From Geobacteraceae bacterium (GTDB lineage: Bacteria; Desulfobacterota; Desulfuromonadia; Geobacterales; DSM-12255), in assembly GCA_013377075.1 (NCBI GenBank), contig JACABD010000008.1, positions 9,119 through 73,118 on the forward strand: a DNA stretch of 64,000 nucleotides. Direction: 5' to 3'. Below the pieces are notes generated by a model that was not told the DNA's origin, searched no databases, and worked only from the letters and a program-made list of their open reading frames with translations. This document shows, piece after piece, positions 58,620-64,000 of this stretch (its first letter is position 1; every line of letters starts with the position of its first letter). A program made the translations under genes and the position numbers.

Positions 58620-59018
58620 ATGCGAAAAGCTCATTTTAAAGGGGTTCATGAAGGAGACATGGCCGATAATGTCGTACGTTTTTCTGGATCTTTTTCCCTT
58701 GAAAAGGGGGAAGAGCTCCGTCAGAAGCTCTGCTTTGCAATGATTGACTGTCCGAGCCTCTCCATTGATCTGAGTGATGTCAGCATGATAGATCTTGCCG
58801 GATTCCAGTTGATCTGTGCCACCCATAGAAAAGCCGTTGAGAACGGCACTGCCATAAAACTTTCAGTCCCTCTGCCTCCCCATATTGTGTCTGCTGCATA
58901 CGGAGCCGGCCTGCCGAGAAAAATTTCCTGTCTGATAAAAAATGCCGGTAAAAACAGCTGTATCTGGAGTCCTCAGGATGACACTTATCAGGCGCAGCTC
59001 CAGAGACAACCAGAATGA
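58620..59018 (+). CDS. STAS-domain (anti-sigma-antagonist-like) protein of the che cluster
   Basis: VVRFSGSFSLEKGEELRQKL...SIDLSDVSMIDLAGFQLICATHRKA. GAGGAGG lies 10 nt upstream of ATG 58620. The stop overlaps the cheA ATG. Confidence 0.55.
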   Translation: MRKAHFKGVHEGDMADNVVRFSGSFSLEKGEELRQKLCFAMIDCPSLSIDLSDVSMIDLAGFQLICATHRKAVENGTAIKLSVPLPPHIVSAAYGAGLPRKISCLIKNAGKNSCIWSPQDDTYQAQLQRQPE

Positions 59019-61426
59019 TTGATGACCACTTTGCCACGTTTATTGAGGAGGCCAGAGAGCTTCTGGCCGAGCTTGAGTCCGGGCTTGTGGAGCTGGAAGA
59101 GCATCCCGATGACGGTGAGCTTGTCGGCAGAATTTTCAGGGCTCTGCATACCCTGAAAGGGTCAGCAGGGATGTTCGGACTTGAGACCCTCGCCGGATTT
59201 GTGCACCGGTTTGAATCTGTTTTTGAAATGGTGCGAAATGACGAATTGAGTGTAAGCAGGGAGCTTGTGGATCTTGGTTTGAAAGCGGCTGATCTTTTCG
59301 GTCAACTGATAGAGACGCCCGAAGGTGGAGTCAAGCTGCCTTCCGAGATTCTCGATGCCCTTGATGCGCTCGCGGCGCAAAAGGTGAGCGATGCTGCCAT
59401 AAGCTATGACCCCTCTGCTGAGGCTTATGCCGATATCAGCAGCTACGCAAACCTGCTGACCGAGTATGAGCTCTCCAGAGTAAAGGCTGCGTCTAAAAAA
59501 GGGAGGAAACTCTATCTCATCAGACTCAATCTCCGCCTTGATGCCTTGAGTCAGGAACTTGCGGCATTTGCTAAAAAAATATCAAAGAGCGGGGAGCTTA
59601 TCTCCACCATCCCCCTTACAGATCCGGCCCCAGATGGTTGTTTGGGGTTTAATATGCTCTTTGCCAGCAGTCACACCCCTGAAAAGCTGGGCAAAGAGCT
59701 GGAGCACACTCCTTTACAGGTCAATCATCAATCTCTTTTCAAACCGCAGATCCAGGCCTATTCGCAATCGAACTCAAAACATCAGTCAATCTACCGTATC
59801 CGCTTCAGCCCGAAACCGGAAAGTCTGGTCTCAGGGCTTAATCCTCTGGCTGTGATCGAGGATTTGCAGCGCCTTGGCGAGTGTGTCATTGTCCCGCAGA
59901 CAAAGAGAATCCCTGAGCTGGAGTCCCTTGATCCAAAGGAGTGTTACGTTTTCTGGGACATAATACTCCTTTCAGAAAGCGATCCGGATGAAATCCGCGA
60001 TGTGTTCATATTTGTTGAAGAGGGGAGCGAGGTCCGGATCGAAAGAATTGATGATGGTTCCGGTAGCCAGGAGGATAACTACAAGCGGCTTGGCGAAATA
60101 CTGGTCGAGCGGGGCGACATAACTTCAGAAGAGCTCTCTGGCTATCTGGATAACCAGAAACAGCTGGGGCGTCTACTTGTTGAGGCCGATGCAGTCTCAT
60201 CGAGAGCCGTTGAATCTGCCCTGATAGAGCAGAGTTTCATGAAGGACGTCCTTTCGGGTCGGCAGAAAAACGATGTGGCGCAGAGCATCAGGGTGCCGGC
60301 TGAAAAACTTGATTTTCTCGTCAATCTGGCCGGAGAGATGGTTACTCTTCAGGCCAGGCTTTCCCAGTGCTCCCTGCGCTATGCCGATCCGGATCTGATC
60401 TCCATTGCCGAAGAGGTTGAGCGGCTGACCGCCGAACTGAGAGACACGACGCTGAATATCAGGATGCTTCCTATCGGCACAACCTTCAGCCGCTTCAAAC
60501 GGGTTGTCAGGGATCTCGGGGAGGAACTGGGCAAGAGAGTCCAGCTTACCACTTCAGGTGGCGAGACCGAGATTGACAAGACGGTCATAGAAAAACTCAA
60601 TGACCCTCTTGTTCACCTTATTCGTAACAGTATCGACCACGGCATTGAGTCTGCTGACGAACGCCGCCGGGCCAACAAGCCGGTTGAGGGGAATATTCAC
60701 CTTGCAGCGGTGCACGAAGGTGATTCGGTCGTTATCACCATTTCGGATGATGGCAAAGGGCTTGATTACGATGCGATCAGATCCAAGGCCACGGAACTCG
60801 GGCTGTCACCGGTTGTCAGTGAGCTTTCCGACCGTGAGGTGAGTTCATTCATTTTTATGCCCGGCTTCTCCACTGCCGGTAAAGTGAGCGGTATTTCAGG
60901 AAGAGGGGTCGGGATGGATGTTGTGAAACGCTCCATTGATTCGCTTCGCGGTAGTATTGAGCTGCTTTCTCAGCCCGGTGAAGGGACAAAGGTTGTTATC
61001 CGTTTGCCGCTGACTCTTGTCATAATCGAGAGCCTGCTGGTCAAGGTTGGCAATGACCGCTTTGTCCTGCCGCTCTCCCTTGTGGAAGAGTGTGTGGAGC
61101 TGGACAAGTCACAAAACAGGGCAGGGCACGGCGATCTGATAGATGTCCGCGGGCAGCTCGTCCCCTTTATCTACCTTCGGGAGCGGTTCACCATAGGTGC
61201 TGCGCCACCGGAACTCCAGCAGATTGTAATCATGAACCACGAAAACCAGAGAATCGGCATAGCTGTCGATCATGTCATTGGTCAACATCAGGCTGTAATC
61301 AAGCCGTTGGGTCGTTTCTATGAGGGTGTAGAGGAACTGTCAGGGGCAACCATACTTGGAGATGGCACTGTTGCGCTGATTGTTGATGTGCCAAAAATCG
61401 TGCGTAAAGCAGCGCTGACTAAATAA
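59015..61426 (+). CDS. cheA: Chemotaxis histidine kinase CheA (extended, 803 aa)
   Basis: Hpt HTLKGSAGMFG, kinase boxes HLIRNSIDHGIE, DDGKGLD and GRGVGMDVV, and a C-terminal CheW-like domain. Confidence 0.92.
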   Translation: MIDDHFATFIEEARELLAELESGLVELEEHPDDGELVGRIFRALHTLKGSAGMFGLETLAGFVHRFESVFEMVRNDELSVSRELVDLGLKAADLFGQLIETPEGGVKLPSEILDALDALAAQKVSDAAISYDPSAEAYADISSYANLLTEYELSRVKAASKKGRKLYLIRLNLRLDALSQELAAFAKKISKSGELISTIPLTDPAPDGCLGFNMLFASSHTPEKLGKELEHTPLQVNHQSLFKPQIQAYSQSNSKHQSIYRIRFSPKPESLVSGLNPLAVIEDLQRLGECVIVPQTKRIPELESLDPKECYVFWDIILLSESDPDEIRDVFIFVEEGSEVRIERIDDGSGSQEDNYKRLGEILVERGDITSEELSGYLDNQKQLGRLLVEADAVSSRAVESALIEQSFMKDVLSGRQKNDVAQSIRVPAEKLDFLVNLAGEMVTLQARLSQCSLRYADPDLISIAEEVERLTAELRDTTLNIRMLPIGTTFSRFKRVVRDLGEELGKRVQLTTSGGETEIDKTVIEKLNDPLVHLIRNSIDHGIESADERRRANKPVEGNIHLAAVHEGDSVVITISDDGKGLDYDAIRSKATELGLSPVVSELSDREVSSFIFMPGFSTAGKVSGISGRGVGMDVVKRSIDSLRGSIELLSQPGEGTKVVIRLPLTLVIIESLLVKVGNDRFVLPLSLVEECVELDKSQNRAGHGDLIDVRGQLVPFIYLRERFTIGAAPPELQQIVIMNHENQRIGIAVDHVIGQHQAVIKPLGRFYEGVEELSGATILGDGTVALIVDVPKIVRKAALTK

Positions 61427-61464
61427 GGAAAAGGGTCAAATTCAGTGGCAAGGAGGATGAACTG

Positions 61465-63162
61465 GTGAAACTGACAGATATCAAAATAGGGAAAAGGCTG
61501 GCCATAAGTTCCGCTTTGCAGTTGTTGCTGCTTATTGTTGTGGCCCTTGTCGGCTATTGGGGCATCCGCTCAATCGAGGCGACAACCATGCACATGCTAC
61601 AGGGGGATGCAATATTGGCCCAGCATGGTGGCAGGCTCCGTGCTGATGTGCTGGGGATGCGGCGTTTTGAAAAGGATCTGATTATAAATATTAGCTCTCA
61701 GGAGAAGGTTGAGGATTACTATAAAAAGTGGCTGGAGATGCAGGAAAAGTCCCATGAGCGGATAGCTGACCTGGAAAAGGTTGCTGTTGATGAAAAGCAC
61801 AAGGCCGCTATCAAGTCGATGAAAGCAGACTTGCAAGCCTATGTTGAAGGTATGGGCAAGGTTGTCGTCAAAATTAAGAACGGTCTGTTAAAGACTCCTG
61901 CGGAGGCCAACCAGGCTCTCTTTGATGTAAAGGACGAAACCTGGCGGCTGGAGAAGACTGCTACTGAGTTTGCCACTGAGGGGTACACCCTTATGGATCA
62001 TGAAATCCCGGTGATCAGGAGTAAGGGGAACAGTACTGCTCTGGTCATGTCCATCTTCAGTGTTGTTGCCATACTCCTTGGAATTTTTGCCAATATGCTG
62101 CTTACCTCCAGTATCAAAAGACCCCTGACCAAGGCGGTGGAGACTGCTAACAGCCTTGCTGAAGGGGATCTGCGGGTAACTATTGATGAGCCGTCAAAGG
62201 ATGAGACGGGCCAGCTTCTTCTGGCGATGAAGAATATGCTTGAAAAGCTCAAGGGGGTTGTTCAGGACGTAAAATGTGCTGCAGACAATGTTGCCAGTGG
62301 CAGCCAGGAGCTATCTTCAAGCTCCGAGGAGATGTCCCAGGGGGCAACGGAGCAGGCAGCCGCAGCTGAGGAGGCTTCTGCCTCCATGGAGCAGATGACC
62401 TCAAATATCCGCCAGAATGCCGATAATGCCCTGCAGACAGAGAAGATTGCCACCAAGGCGGCTGTTGATGCCCGTGAAGGCGGGCGGGTTGTGAAAGAGA
62501 CAGTTAATGCCATGAAGGATATTGCCAGCAAGATTGCCATTATCGAAGAAATAGCCCGCCAGACAAACCTGCTCGCCCTGAATGCGGCAATCGAGGCTGC
62601 CAGAGCCGGTGAGCATGGCAAGGGGTTTGCGGTGGTTGCCTCCGAAGTGCGCAAGCTTGCCGAGCGGAGCCAGCAGGCTGCAGGTGAAATCAGTAAATTA
62701 TCCACCAGCAGCGTCCAGGTGGCTGAACTGGCAGGGGAGACACTATCGAGGATCGTTCCTGATATCCAGAAGACTGCCGAACTGGTTCAGGAAATCAGCG
62801 CTGCCTGCAAGGAGCAGGATGCCGGTGCGGAGCAGATCAACCGGGCTATTCAGCAGCTCGATCAGGTTATTCAGCAGAATGCCTCTGTATCTGAAGAGAT
62901 GGCATCAACATCGGAAGAGCTGGCATCACAGGCCGAGCAGCTTCAGTCAACAATCTCCTTTTTCAGGACCGGTGATGATGGCGGGTATCTGGGGCAGCGG
63001 GGCGCTTTCCAGCAGGGAAAAACAAGGAAAAGAGCCAGGGTTGAGCATGTGGCATCCCTGCACACTCTTGCCGCCTTGGGGAAATCATCCGATAAAAGCA
63101 GAGGTGTAAAAATAGATATGAGTGGCGGAGATCATATTGATGAGGAATTTGAGAAGTTTTGA
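61465..63162 (+). CDS. Methyl-accepting chemotaxis protein
   Basis: 2 TM segments with a periplasmic 4-helix-like domain, HAMP, and signalling hairpin [41 protein letters not shown] start with AGGAGG upstream. Confidence 0.9.
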   Translation: MKLTDIKIGKRLAISSALQLLLLIVVALVGYWGIRSIEATTMHMLQGDAILAQHGGRLRADVLGMRRFEKDLIINISSQEKVEDYYKKWLEMQEKSHERIADLEKVAVDEKHKAAIKSMKADLQAYVEGMGKVVVKIKNGLLKTPAEANQALFDVKDETWRLEKTATEFATEGYTLMDHEIPVIRSKGNSTALVMSIFSVVAILLGIFANMLLTSSIKRPLTKAVETANSLAEGDLRVTIDEPSKDETGQLLLAMKNMLEKLKGVVQDVKCAADNVASGSQELSSSSEEMSQGATEQAAAAEEASASMEQMTSNIRQNADNALQTEKIATKAAVDAREGGRVVKETVNAMKDIASKIAIIEEIARQTNLLALNAAIEAARAGEHGKGFAVVASEVRKLAERSQQAAGEISKLSTSSVQVAELAGETLSRIVPDIQKTAELVQEISAACKEQDAGAEQINRAIQQLDQVIQQNASVSEEMASTSEELASQAEQLQSTISFFRTGDDGGYLGQRGAFQQGKTRKRARVEHVASLHTLAALGKSSDKSRGVKIDMSGGDHIDEEFEKF

Positions 63163-63175
63163 GAGAGGTGACGAT

Positions 63176-63670
63176 ATGAGCGTTTCATCAATAACCGAAA
63201 CAAGGCAGTATCTTACCTTCAGGCTGAGCAGCGAGATATATGCCATAGATGTGGCCAATGTCAGGGAGATCCTTGAAGTTGGGGATATCACCAGGGTTCC
63301 CCAGACCCCGCCTTACATGAGAGGGGTTATTAATCTGCGTGGCAGCGTTGTTCCTGTAATGGATCTTCGGCTGAAATTCGGTATGACAGAGACAGAGCAG
63401 ACCATCAATACCTGCATCGTCGTTGTTGAGGCACAGGTTGATGGAGAGAAGCTTGTTGTCGGGACCCTTGCCGATTCGGTGCAGGAGGTTTTCGAGATGG
63501 AGCCGGGACAGATCGAGCCTGCGCCGAGGATCGGAACCAGGCTCAATACCGACTTCATTCGCGGCATGGGGAACCATGATGGCCAGTTCATAATGATTCT
63601 TGACATAGATATGGTCTTTTCTGCCGAAGATCTGCTGTTATCTACGGATGCAGTCGCTGAGGCCGCCTGA
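63176..63670 (+). CDS. cheW: Chemotaxis coupling protein CheW
   Basis: YLTFRLSSEIYAIDVANVREILE, VINLRGSVVPVMDLR. The internal ATG 63176 with a GAGGTG SD avoids overlap with the MCP gene. Confidence 0.9.
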   Translation: MSVSSITETRQYLTFRLSSEIYAIDVANVREILEVGDITRVPQTPPYMRGVINLRGSVVPVMDLRLKFGMTETEQTINTCIVVVEAQVDGEKLVVGTLADSVQEVFEMEPGQIEPAPRIGTRLNTDFIRGMGNHDGQFIMILDIDMVFSAEDLLLSTDAVAEAA

Positions 63671-63677
63671 ACGTGCC

Positions 63678-64000
63678 ATGAGTGCAGCCAGGTCATCTGA
63701 AGCCGTCAGGCATGGAAGATCATCAACCCCTGTCAAAATGTCCGATCAGGAGTTCCGGCGGCTGAGCAGCTTTATTTATGAGCTCTGCGGCATCAATATG
63801 CCCCCTTCAAAAAAGACCATGCTTGAGGCACGGCTTCAAAAACGGCTCCGCTTACTAGGTCTTTCAAGTTTCAAGGATTATGAGAAGCTCCTTTTTAGCC
63901 AGGACTCAGGAATGAAGGAGCTTCCGCTTATGATCAACGTTGTCACTACCAACAAGACCGAGTTTTTCAGGGAGCCTGCTCACTTCGAATACCTGGCAAG
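63678..64000 (+). CDS. cheR: Chemotaxis methyltransferase CheR, 3' end cut by the window edge
   Basis: Not in the ORF track because there is no stop. My translation from ATG 63678 is open to the edge: ...MSDQEFRRLSSFIYELCGINMPPSKKTMLEARLQKRLRLLGL...VTTNKTEFFREPAHFEYL is a CheR N-terminal domain. Confidence 0.85.
   Translation, partial: MSAARSSEAVRHGRSSTPVKMSDQEFRRLSSFIYELCGINMPPSKKTMLEARLQKRLRLLGLSSFKDYEKLLFSQDSGMKELPLMINVVTTNKTEFFREPAHFEYLA

Noticed and set aside
63122-63175. Upstream extension of cheW (ORF start 63122) overlapping the MCP gene by 41 nt
   Set aside because: The internal ATG 63176 has a better SD (GAGGTG) and gives a standard CheW N-terminus.

Overview
This 64-kb chromosomal window reads like a Desulfuromonadales/Geobacter-type genome. 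The indicators are a PpcA-family c7 cytochrome, CX4CH...CXXCH multihaem repeats and ftsH-folP-cdaA-ybbR-glmM-pdxJ synteny. It is almost fully coding (about 55 genes). I found no rRNA, tRNA, CRISPR array, transposase or integrase. Left third (1-24.2 kb) is an anaerobic respiration neighbourhood. It holds sucCD, a 1785-aa secreted cytochrome with 44 putative haem sites and a 1.04-kb internal tandem repeat, and a cytochrome-wired membrane nitrate reductase cluster. That cluster is a dihaem NarC-like cytochrome, narGHJI, two NarK-type MFS transporters, a trihaem c7 cytochrome and a stand-alone PAS protein. It is followed by a cyt c/CopD-like/cyt b5-like fusion, a degraded RIC(YtfE)-like gene and an octahaem CXXCK nitrite reductase. 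FNR/CRP-type palindromes precede both the nar cluster and the nitrite reductase. Middle (25-45 kb) is housekeeping: bamD, typA, tilS, ftsH, folP, cdaA-ybbR-glmM, pdxJ, accBC, gcvH and mqnA, plus an orphan GspG-like pseudopilin and a tandem-Cache kinase with an NtrC-type regulator. Right part (45-64 kb) is signalling and accessory genes. These include a GGDEF-EAL protein, an NtrY-like kinase, ubiB, queH and an M48 protease. They also include an apparent GAF / FdhD-MobA fusion / orphan Cas6-like RAMP operon and a STAS-cheA-MCP-cheW-cheR cluster. The best follow-up candidates are the giant cytochrome, the cytochrome-wired nitrate-to-ammonium module, and the CRISPR-less Cas6-like gene coupled to molybdoenzyme maturation. 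All calls rest on reading the translations and DNA by eye; no searches were run.
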